NCBI GenBank assembly: GCA_948735595.1
Contig: CAPXSA010000028.1
Coordinates: forward strand, 14,397-78,396
Direction: 5' to 3'
DNA length: 64,000 nt
Origin: an uncultured Clostridia bacterium
Lineage (GTDB): Bacteria > Bacillota > Clostridia > TANB77 > CAG-508
Part shown: piece after piece, positions 19,492 to 26,883 of the stretch
Layout: every line of letters begins with the position of its first letter
Numbering within the stretch: position 1 is the first letter of the stretch
The notes under the pieces: model-generated
What the model was told of the DNA's origin: nothing
The model's input: only the letters and a program-made list of their open reading frames with translations
Databases searched by the model: none
Translations under genes and position numbers: made by a program

Positions 19492-19520
19492 TTGACAAGT
19501 TACATTTAATGTATTATAAT
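19492..19520 (+). promoter_or_regulatory. Consensus promoter of the short recombinase gene, embedded in GTAACA/TGTTAC repeats
   Basis: TTGACA (19492-19497), 17 nt spacer, TATAAT (19515-19520). Several ATGTAACA-like boxes occur at 19378-19510, including a 10 bp inverted repeat CCAATGTAAC/GTTACATTGG. Confidence 0.65.
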
Positions 19521-19554
19521 TGGTGCATAAAATGAATCAAAGGAGAGTTAAAAA

Positions 19555-20115
19555 ATGAATTTTGTGCAACCAATTAGAGAGCCATCAAAAATTGAAGAAA
19601 TGAAAAGAGAATTGAAAAAGACTGGAACAAGGGATTACTTACTATTCTATATGGGAATAAACACAGGACTTAGGATTTCAGACATAATCAAGTTAAAAGT
19701 GAAAGATATTTTAAACTCAGATAGAACAATGAAAACCCATATTGATATAATTGAGGAAAAAACAGAAAAGAAAAAGAAATTTAAGATAAACAATGGACTT
19801 GTGGAAGAATTAAAGCAATTTACTTTAAATATGGATTTTGAAGATTACATTTTTCAAAGTAGAAAAGGAAATAATCAACCAATTACAAGAGTTCAAGCCT
19901 ACAGAATTTTAAATAATGCAGGAGAGAAAATAGGACTTGAGGAAATAGGAACTCATACATTAAGGAAAACTTTTGGGTATCACTTTTACCAACAAACTAA
20001 AGATGTAGCATTGTTACAAGAATTATTTAATCATTCTGCTCCAAGTGTTACTTTGAGATATATTGGAATAAATCAAGATAAAATTGACCAAGCCTATGAT
20101 AATTTTAGTTTATAA
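19555..20115 (+). CDS. Short tyrosine recombinase (186 aa, essentially the catalytic domain only)
   Basis: GLRISDIIKLKVKDI (Arg), GTHTLRKTFGYHF (HxxR), LFNHSAPSVTLRYIG (His/Tyr). Confidence 0.8.
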   Translation: MNFVQPIREPSKIEEMKRELKKTGTRDYLLFYMGINTGLRISDIIKLKVKDILNSDRTMKTHIDIIEEKTEKKKKFKINNGLVEELKQFTLNMDFEDYIFQSRKGNNQPITRVQAYRILNNAGEKIGLEEIGTHTLRKTFGYHFYQQTKDVALLQELFNHSAPSVTLRYIGINQDKIDQAYDNFSL

Positions 20116-20121
20116 TAAATT

Positions 20122-20156
20122 AAGAACTTGTTAAAAGCTAACAATAACAAGTTCTT
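20122..20156. terminator. Bidirectional hairpin terminator
   Basis: 11 bp stem AAGAACTTGTT/AACAAGTTCTT between convergent genes. Confidence 0.65.
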
Positions 20157-20163
20157 ATTCTAA

Positions 20164-20355
20164 TTATTTACTTTTTATTTCTTTTATATCTTCCATATCC
20201 ATATTTTGGATTGCAAATTTAATCATACAATTTACAACATAATTATATGACTTTTTGCTTTTCTTTGATAATTTATCAATTATTTCAAAGTCATTTTCAT
20301 CAACTCTAATTGAAAAAGGTACTTTGTTTATACCACTTGGAATTTTGAAAGCCAT
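20164..20355 (-). CDS. Ribbon-helix-helix (CopG/Arc-like) protein, paralog 1
   Basis: Start at ATG 20355, after AAAGGTGGTG. MAFKIPSGINKVPFSIRVDENDFEIIDKLSKKSKKS has the beta-strand plus two helix pattern. It is about 50% identical to the ORF at 20654-20815. Confidence 0.7.
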   Translation of the reverse strand: MAFKIPSGINKVPFSIRVDENDFEIIDKLSKKSKKSYNYVVNCMIKFAIQNMDMEDIKEIKSK

Positions 20356-20457
20356 AATTTGCACCACCTTTAAACCATTTTTAGTTTATTAGTATTGTAC
20401 ATTTAAGGGCAAAATATGTATAGTTTATAAATCAAACCATAAAATAAACCAAATCTA

Positions 20458-20486
20458 TTGAAAAAAACTTTTTAATACTATATAAT
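20458..20486 (+). promoter_or_regulatory. Near-consensus promoter for the 45-aa membrane peptide ORF
   Basis: TTGAAA (20458-20463), 17 nt spacer, TATAAT (20481-20486). Confidence 0.6.
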
Positions 20487-20506
20487 CTTTGCAGGGGGAA
20501 ACAAAA

Positions 20507-20644
20507 ATGGTTTCATTGTATAGTATAGATTGGGCAGAATTAACCACCTTTGAAAAGTGGTTTACAATTGTATTTTTCATAATTTTAATCATAAGTGCCA
20601 TAATTGCTTATTTTTATGAAAAGCACAAGGAAAAAGAGGAATAA
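20507..20644 (+). CDS. Small single-pass membrane peptide (45 aa), not in the supplied ORF track
   Basis: AGGGGGAA RBS 7 nt upstream. My translation is MVSLYSIDWAELTTFEKWFTIVFFIILIISAIIAYFYEKHKEKEE, with one TM helix and a charged tail. Confidence 0.5.
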   Translation: MVSLYSIDWAELTTFEKWFTIVFFIILIISAIIAYFYEKHKEKEE

Positions 20645-20653
20645 AAAGTCCCC

Positions 20654-20815
20654 TTAATCCATATTTTCAATTGAATACCTTATCATAGCACACACAACCT
20701 CATTAAGGGATTTTTTACTTTCCTCTGCTATCTTCTCTATAATTTGGTAATCTGTTTCCTCAACTCTAATTGTCATTGGTACTTTTGAGATACCCTTTGG
20801 CATTTTAAAGCCCAT
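20654..20815 (-). CDS. Ribbon-helix-helix (CopG/Arc-like) protein, paralog 2 (53 aa), not in the supplied ORF track
   Basis: My translation is MGFKMPKGISKVPMTIRVEETDYQIIEKIAEESKKSLNEVVCAMIRYSIENMD. AGGTGGTGAGAAAT precedes the ATG. Confidence 0.65.
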   Translation of the reverse strand: MGFKMPKGISKVPMTIRVEETDYQIIEKIAEESKKSLNEVVCAMIRYSIENMD

Positions 20816-20987
20816 ATTTCTCACCACCTATTTATAAAATGTTTCTAAAATCAAAGCAATTTTATAATTTTTAGAGAAGATAGTATATTTCTAATATGTT
20901 TCATAAAGTGAATTAAATTAGTTGCATAAAATGATTTTATCTGTTATAATTTATCATATAAAATAAAGAAAAGAGGAGATTTTTATT

Positions 20988-22160
20988 ATGAAAAAGAAAA
21001 AAATAATGTTCTTATTATTAGTATTGTTTATTATTTTATTGGGTAGTATTTTATTTATTGTATTTTATGCTTCTCAAAATACTGTCAATGTTGGAACAAC
21101 TGCTAGTAAAGGAAATGAGGTTAGTTGGAAAAAGAATATAAAAAGCTATACTTCCAATGAATTGACAAATGGATATTATATAAAGAGTGGAAATAGATTT
21201 TATCCTTTAACCTCTATTGATAATCTATATGACAATAATAATTCAATAACTAGTGATTTTAAAACTTCAAATGAAAAAAACTCTATGTTCTATGGATTAT
21301 ATAATTTTTTCTTTTTAAATACTTCTTATAAAGATAATATTCCACATATTAACTTAAAAAATGAAGATGACAAAATAGTTTTTGTAGGAGATACTATTCC
21401 TAAAATGATTATACTGAAAAATTCTATAGAACTAACAGTTGATAATAAAACAGAATTAGATGAAGAAATAAGAAACTATTTTATTTTTTCTAATTTAAAA
21501 ATAGAAGACACCCCAACAGTATTACAAAAAGGAACTAAAACAAGTGAAGTTTTTGTGAGATTTTTCATATTAGGAACTTATACTAATGATTATACTATGA
21601 CAACTGATGGATATATGGAAATAAATTTTGAAAAAAATGATTGTGGAACTGGTATGTATCTAATTGGTGATAAAGCATTTTTTATTGAACAAGATAATAG
21701 CAAGATAGAAAAAATAGTATTGCAAGATAAACAAGAACAAATTAATATGGCTAGTATATTGTTAAAGATTGCTGAAACTGAAAATGAAATATTTAAGGAT
21801 AAAATCGAAATTGCCCAAAAAGTAAATCCTTCTTCAATTAACAGGCAAAACTGTTCTTTTTATTATACAATAAAAAAAGGTACTTCCATTTATAATGTAG
21901 ATACTTCTGATGGTTTACTTTCAGCATTAAGAAAAGGAATAAAAATCTTGCCAGAAAAGGATAAATTGTCTAAAGACCATCTTCGTAGCTTACCTGAATA
22001 TGGTTTTGATACCTGGGAAGACCAAATAAGTACCAAAATAATAGATGGAACAAGATACTATTTCTTTAATAATGTCAATAATGCTTATGCTATACAAGCA
22101 CAAGATTATTGCAATATATTAGTAAAGGCAATAACTGATGAAGATTTTACAATATTTTAA
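20988..22160 (+). CDS. Membrane-anchored hypothetical protein (390 aa)
   Basis: GAGGAG RBS. The N-terminal KKKK plus hydrophobic helix is a signal anchor. No family recognised. Confidence 0.7.
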   Translation: MKKKKIMFLLLVLFIILLGSILFIVFYASQNTVNVGTTASKGNEVSWKKNIKSYTSNELTNGYYIKSGNRFYPLTSIDNLYDNNNSITSDFKTSNEKNSMFYGLYNFFFLNTSYKDNIPHINLKNEDDKIVFVGDTIPKMIILKNSIELTVDNKTELDEEIRNYFIFSNLKIEDTPTVLQKGTKTSEVFVRFFILGTYTNDYTMTTDGYMEINFEKNDCGTGMYLIGDKAFFIEQDNSKIEKIVLQDKQEQINMASILLKIAETENEIFKDKIEIAQKVNPSSINRQNCSFYYTIKKGTSIYNVDTSDGLLSALRKGIKILPEKDKLSKDHLRSLPEYGFDTWEDQISTKIIDGTRYYFFNNVNNAYAIQAQDYCNILVKAITDEDFTIF

Positions 22161-22171
22161 AATTAGTATTC

Positions 22172-22210
22172 AAGCCCCTATTCCTATTTTTGGAAAAGGG
22201 CTTTTATTTA
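22172..22210 (+). terminator. Probable terminator after the 390-aa gene
   Basis: AAGCCC...GGGCTT stem followed by TTTTATTT. Confidence 0.5.
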
Positions 22211-22263
22211 TTCCCTTTATTGGCTCTAAAATGCCTCACATTCCCATTTTAGGAATAAGCCAA

Positions 22264-22458
22264 TTATAATATACCAAAATACTGTAAAACTTTTTCTTCT
22301 GTTTCTATAACTAAACCTGCACAATCAAGATATTGCCACATACCATCTATTTTATCTTCAATGGTATCTTCTAAACCATCTTCCCCAGTATCTGCTAATA
22401 TCTCTCCATAATAAACTTCATTTAATCTTTCAACTTGCTCACTTGTTAAATTTTTCAT
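22264..22458 (-). CDS. Hypothetical small acidic protein (64 aa)
   Basis: Start at ATG 22458. Its leader TTGAAAGGTGGTTTTAGTT is nearly identical to the leader of the 22925-23167 gene. Confidence 0.55.
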   Translation of the reverse strand: MKNLTSEQVERLNEVYYGEILADTGEDGLEDTIEDKIDGMWQYLDCAGLVIETEEKVLQYFGIL

Positions 22459-22570
22459 AACTAAAACCACCTTTCAAAATTTATTTTATACCTTTTCCCA
22501 TTTTAGGAAACAGTCAATAATTTATATGCCTATTTAAGCTATAAATGGCTCATATTGCATTTTTTATATT

Positions 22571-22912
22571 TTAGCAATAACAATACCTATTAAATCTGTT
22601 TTTGGTATTATTTCTCCAACTGCAATCATAATAATTAAATATTAAGACATTTCTATTTTCTAACAATTCGTGAATATCCTTAAAATCAAAACCATATTTT
22701 TTGTAAAATGCAATTATTAACTCAATTTTATGTTCAATCTCAAAGGCTTGCTCAAATAAATTATTTATTCTTTCTGGACTTTCTCCATTGATTGCAAAAT
22801 CTATGTATAAACTAGTATCAGTTGCAAGCAATAATTCTTTTCTTTTTTCAATTGTAAAAATACTATTGAATAACATATTTATTATTTTAATTTCATAATT
22901 AGTTAAATTCAT
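22571..22912 (-). CDS. Hypothetical protein (113 aa)
   Basis: AAGGGGG RBS. It starts 12 nt after the upstream stop, so it is probably co-transcribed. Confidence 0.55.
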   Translation of the reverse strand: MNLTNYEIKIINMLFNSIFTIEKRKELLLATDTSLYIDFAINGESPERINNLFEQAFEIEHKIELIIAFYKKYGFDFKDIHELLENRNVLIFNYYDCSWRNNTKNRFNRYCYC

Positions 22913-22924
22913 AAATACCCCCTT

Positions 22925-23167
22925 CTATATTCCATAAACTAAATCTCTCATATCAATATGGATACGTTTTATTATTTTTCCTGTTTCTAAATCCATAACA
23001 GTTCTATCTAATTGTATATTACAACTTGTATCTCCCATTATCAATTTTGAATAAGGTTTTACAATTCCATCTTTTTCCCAAAAGTTTAGAACATACTTTT
23101 TCCCCATTGTTTCACTATTTAAAATTTTTCCTTTTAATTCTCTCCAACTTTTTACTATGTTTCCCAT
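22925..23167 (-). CDS. Hypothetical protein (80 aa)
   Basis: Start at ATG 23167, after TTGAAAGGTGGTTTTAATT. Confidence 0.55.
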   Translation of the reverse strand: MGNIVKSWRELKGKILNSETMGKKYVLNFWEKDGIVKPYSKLIMGDTSCNIQLDRTVMDLETGKIIKRIHIDMRDLVYGI

Positions 23168-23487
23168 AATTAAAACCACCTTTCAAATATTTATTTCTTA
23201 TCTCTTTGTTGTACTTATTATACCTTTTTTTATGCCTAAAATCAAATTAAGCAAAGCATATTTCCTTACTCTTGCAACAGTTTTAAGGCACATTTTAATT
23301 ATTGGTACAACTGAATTGCAAGGCACAAAAATTTCAAAAATAAGTTTCAAATCCCTTACTACAAGCAGATTGCAGAGCATAAAAAAGTTTTTTAAAAAAA
23401 TTTTAGCAAAAATTCTCTTACAGTATCAAGTCTTACAGAAGCGGATTATGTAAACAAGTTGTGCCTGCATAAAATACTGTAAAAGTA

Positions 23488-23516
23488 TTGACTTTTACTC
23501 TAAAAACAATTATAAT
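23488..23516 (+). promoter_or_regulatory. Promoter of the element-borne tRNA-Lys
   Basis: TTGACT (23488-23493), 17 nt spacer, TATAAT (23511-23516), about 40 nt upstream of the tRNA. Confidence 0.65.
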
Positions 23517-23556
23517 TATAAAGTAGTTTTTGAAAAACTGTAAATCATTGATATAA

Positions 23557-23632
23557 GCACCACTAGCTCAGTTGGTAGAGCAGGGCACTCTTAATGCCAA
23601 GGTCCACAGTTCGACCCTGTGGTGGTGCACCA
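23557..23632 (+). tRNA. tRNA-Lys (anticodon CTT), complete, CCA encoded, carried inside the integrative element
   Basis: By hand the sequence folds as follows. Acceptor gcaccac pairs with gtggtgc. The D arm is gctc-agttggta-gagc. The anticodon arm is gggca-ctCTTaa-tgcca. The variable loop is aggtc. The T arm is cacag-ttcgacc-ctgtg. The 3' end is A-CCA. Confidence 0.9.
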
Positions 23633-23675
23633 ATAGGCACTTTCAAGTATTTTGGAAGTGTTTATTTTTTTGCAC

Positions 23676-23704
23676 TTGACAAGTCCTTATGATTTCCCTA
23701 TAAT
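23676..23704 (+). promoter_or_regulatory. Perfect consensus promoter pointing out of the element's right end
   Basis: TTGACA (23676-23681), 17 nt spacer, TATAAT (23699-23704). No plausible ORF follows before attR. Confidence 0.6.
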
Positions 23705-23868
23705 ATGGTGTAACATTGAATTGAAAAATTGCAAAAAATGAAAAATAGAAAAAAGGCTAATCATACGTTGCCTTTGAAATGATTGAAAAACGAATATAAA
23801 AATAGGAATAGCAAACCGCTGAGAGAGTAAGCAAAAATAAAACAAAGCTTGATTTTACCACTCCGTAT

Positions 23869-23915
23869 GACTCTTAATCTGATGGTCGGAGGTTCGACTC
23901 CTCTATGGCGCACCA
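23869..23915 (+). pseudogene. 3' part of the disrupted tRNA-Lys(CUU): repeat copy, anticodon-stem 3' strand, T arm, acceptor 3' strand and CCA
   Basis: The fragment reads gactcttaatc, tga, tggtc, the T arm ggagg-ttcgact-cctct, acceptor atggcgc, then A-CCA. It complements the 5' fragment at 16434-16473. Confidence 0.85.
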
Positions 23916-23921
23916 AATTAT

Positions 23922-23960
23922 AACAACTTACGAACTATAAAGTTTGTAGGTTGTTTTTTA
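23922..23960 (+). terminator. Original terminator of the chromosomal tRNA-Lys gene
   Basis: Stem AACAACTTACGAAC/GTTTGTAGGTTGTT (12 of 14 pairs) followed by TTTTTTA. Confidence 0.65.
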
Positions 23961-24008
23961 TATATATAACTAAAAAATGTTCTCTTTCTGGAAAGGAGAA
24001 TATTTTTT

Positions 24009-24293
24009 ATGCTTGAATTTGAAATATTACAAGAATTAGAGCCAAATGCTGAAATATTAGAAATAATAAAAGACTATGAGTATATAGTTGAAAATGGTAA
24101 AATTAAGCATTTAAAGGCTACTAATTTGCAATTTATTGAACCAAATGAATATTTAATTACATATCCATCTACTCTTACTATCTTTGAATATAAAGTAAAT
24201 GAAATTGCAAATAAGAACTTTTATGTTAAAGAACATAACCAAAAGTATAACTTAAAAGAACTTAAACAAATTCTCATGAAATTAAAAACTTAG
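24009..24293 (+). CDS. Hypothetical protein (94 aa)
   Basis: AAAGGAG RBS. No family recognised. Confidence 0.55.
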   Translation: MLEFEILQELEPNAEILEIIKDYEYIVENGKIKHLKATNLQFIEPNEYLITYPSTLTIFEYKVNEIANKNFYVKEHNQKYNLKELKQILMKLKT

Positions 24294-24485
24294 CTTGCAA
24301 AAGTGCGTTTTAATTAGGAAACATATGAAAGAATTAAATTTTTTTAAAAAAATTTCAAAAATAGGGGGGCGAAAACGCACTTTTCTGAGCAAACATATGA
24401 GAGGGTAAAAATTTTTAAAAGTTTTTTACAAATTTACCATACAAAACCCTAAAAAATTCACGGATATAGTAGGAGGTAATATTTT

Positions 24486-26270
24486 ATGAGATGTGGAATT
24501 TATGTAAGAGTATCAACAGATGAACAGAGAGATAATGGCTATTCTATTGATTCACAGTTACGAATGATAAAAGAATATTGTGAAAAGAACAATTACGATA
24601 TTGTAGATGTGTATAATGATGCAGGACATTCTGGAAAAGACTTAATGCGACCAGAAATGCAAAGGCTTTTAAAAGATATTAAATCACACAAAATTGAGAA
24701 AATAATAGCTATTAAAGTGGATAGGCTAACAAGAAATAACTATGATGGCTTTTGGCTTTTAAACTATTGTGAAGAACATGATGTTAAAATAGAGCTTATT
24801 TTAGAGCCTTATGATGTATCTACTGCAAATGGTGAAATGATATTTGGAATGAATTTAGTATTTGGACAAAGAGAAAGAAAAGAGATTGGAGCAAGAACAA
24901 AAAGGGCTATGGAGGAAATGGTGCTTGAAAAGGTACACCCAGCAAAAGCACCTTATGGCTATACTAGAAATAGTGAAACAGGTCATTTAGAAGTTGAGCC
25001 TATTGAAACACAAGTAGTAAAAAGAATATTTGAATTATATAAAAATGGAGCTTCAATAAGAGGTATTTCTAATACTTTAAATGAAGAAAAAGCATATTCA
25101 AGGCAAGGAAGATGGAACAGTGATAAAGTATATAAAATATTAACAAATTTAATTTATATAGGAACTTTTGCTTATGGCAAAACAAAAAGAAAAGCACAAG
25201 ATATTCTATATGTAGATAATTATTGTGAGCCAATCATTGATAAAAATACATGGGATATTGCAAGAAAAAGATTAGAAAAGAACAAACATCCTAATTATGG
25301 AGAGCATATTCATTTATTTACTGGCATTGTAAAATGTCCTACTTGTGGCAAAATAATGTCATCTACAAACTCATTTAAGAATAGTGGAAAGCCTAATCAA
25401 AAAGTATATTATCATGTAACTTGTAATAATCCTAATTGCAAATCAAAGGGGTTTCACTATAATTCTGATAAGATTGAAGAAAAATTAACACGAGTTTTGA
25501 ATGAACTAACAAGATATATGTATGATATGGATAATAAAATTATAGTATGTAATTCTACTAAAACAAAAGATATTAAAGACATAGAAAAAGCTATTGAAAA
25601 ACTAAAACTGCAAGAGAAAAAGTTAGTGGATTTATACTTGAGTTCTACTTTAAATGTTGAAACTATTAATAATAAAAATGATATTATAAAGAAAGAAATA
25701 GAAAATTTGAATAAGAAAAAGCAACAAATTGATCCAAATAATGATTATAAAGAATATACAATAGAACTATTGAAAAAATTGGATTGCAACCTCGAAGATA
25801 ATGAAGTTGTTTTTAAAAATAGACTAGGTTTTTCATTTGTTTCTGAGAGTTTAAATAGAAAATCTAAAAAAGAATTGATTAAAAGATTAATTGATACAAT
25901 CGAAATTAAGAGAGATAAAAATTACAATATTGAGATAACAAATATTAAATTTACAGAAGAATTTATTTCAAAAAGTAGCAAGGATTATATTGAATATTTA
26001 TATGAAATACTACAAAACAATGATGTAGGTTTTATTTATAAAGAAGCAATAACTAGACAAGAATTAGATAAATTGCAAGAATATTATTTTGTATTTTCTA
26101 ATAATAAAATTGCCAATAATGAGTATGATAATGCTACTTTAACAATATATAATGAGTTATTAAAACAGAATTTTTATGATAATGAAATTATAATTTGTCC
26201 TTACGTTGAGAATGAAAACATAGTAGATTATTTAACATTAATGCCAAGAATTCCATTAGAAATTGCATAA
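24486..26270 (+). CDS. Large serine recombinase (resolvase domain, recombinase domain and zinc-ribbon/coiled-coil C-terminus)
   Basis: N-terminus is MRCGIYVRVSTDEQ with the catalytic Ser, then VDRLTRN. Cys clusters are CPTCGK...CNNPNC. The C-terminus is long and K/E/N-rich. Confidence 0.9.
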   Translation: MRCGIYVRVSTDEQRDNGYSIDSQLRMIKEYCEKNNYDIVDVYNDAGHSGKDLMRPEMQRLLKDIKSHKIEKIIAIKVDRLTRNNYDGFWLLNYCEEHDVKIELILEPYDVSTANGEMIFGMNLVFGQRERKEIGARTKRAMEEMVLEKVHPAKAPYGYTRNSETGHLEVEPIETQVVKRIFELYKNGASIRGISNTLNEEKAYSRQGRWNSDKVYKILTNLIYIGTFAYGKTKRKAQDILYVDNYCEPIIDKNTWDIARKRLEKNKHPNYGEHIHLFTGIVKCPTCGKIMSSTNSFKNSGKPNQKVYYHVTCNNPNCKSKGFHYNSDKIEEKLTRVLNELTRYMYDMDNKIIVCNSTKTKDIKDIEKAIEKLKLQEKKLVDLYLSSTLNVETINNKNDIIKKEIENLNKKKQQIDPNNDYKEYTIELLKKLDCNLEDNEVVFKNRLGFSFVSESLNRKSKKELIKRLIDTIEIKRDKNYNIEITNIKFTEEFISKSSKDYIEYLYEILQNNDVGFIYKEAITRQELDKLQEYYFVFSNNKIANNEYDNATLTIYNELLKQNFYDNEIIICPYVENENIVDYLTLMPRIPLEIA

Positions 26271-26504
26271 AGTGGTTTGAACTTTTTACAGAAAATGAAC
26301 TCAAAAATAGTACAATAAAAAATGCAACTTTTTAAAAATTAGAAAGTCTTGTCCTAGCAAGCACTGCATTTGTCTACACGCCAAATACCAAATTTGTGTC
26401 TCAGCAAGCAATGAATTTGTACTCCCGCACAAATTTCAATATGGGATTTACCCCCCATACCCCAAAAACTGATAAAAATTTAAAATTGAAAGGAATAGAA
26501 AATT

Positions 26505-26852
26505 ATGAATGATGAAAAATTAAATTATGTAATAGATATGATAAAAGATATGGATTTAGAAAATAAATTAAGATTAGCAATATGTATGTGTGATAATTAC
26601 AGTTATACTAATTTACAATATGATAAAAAAGAAATGTGTAAATACTTTGATAATCTACTAAAAGAAATTAATATAGAATACAGAACAACTACTATTAACT
26701 TTGCAAATTATCCATATACAATTTTTGTATCAAGCAAAATTATGGAGATGGATTCAGCACAACAAAATAAAATTGCATTATATCTTTTCAATAGCATAAA
26801 TTTTAAAATTAAAAATTGCAAAAGTCTTGACAGTAAAGAACAGATGTTTTAG
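26505..26852 (+). CDS. Hypothetical protein (115 aa)
   Basis: AAAGGAA RBS. No family recognised. Confidence 0.5.
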   Translation: MNDEKLNYVIDMIKDMDLENKLRLAICMCDNYSYTNLQYDKKEMCKYFDNLLKEINIEYRTTTINFANYPYTIFVSSKIMEMDSAQQNKIALYLFNSINFKIKNCKSLDSKEQMF

Positions 26853-26883
26853 AATATATAAAGTAAGAAAAGGATGTGGAACT

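Larger units (their letters stand above)
16463..23879 (+). mobile_element. Integrative element of about 7.4 kb inserted in tRNA-Lys(CUU). It carries a tyrosine integrase, HTH genes, a Rep-like gene, a second short recombinase, RHH genes, cargo genes and its own tRNA-Lys
   Basis: The 11 bp direct repeat GACTCTTAATC occurs at 16463-16473 and 23869-23879. The integrase gene is next to the left end. Repeated arm-like motifs occur at both ends. Joining 16473 to 23880 gives a canonical 76 nt tRNA. Confidence 0.85.

Noticed and set aside
23157-23453. A 98-aa + strand ORF and a 60-aa - strand ORF in the gap before the element-borne tRNA.
   Set aside because: Neither has an RBS. The region more plausibly holds the divergent promoter of the 23167<- operon (TTGATT-17-TATAAT on the - strand).
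16434-23915. A possible group I intron in the tRNA-Lys anticodon loop.
   Set aside because: The insert is 7.4 kb. It is bounded by an 11 bp direct repeat, encodes integrases and many genes, and has internal promoters and terminators. This is an integrated element, not an intron.
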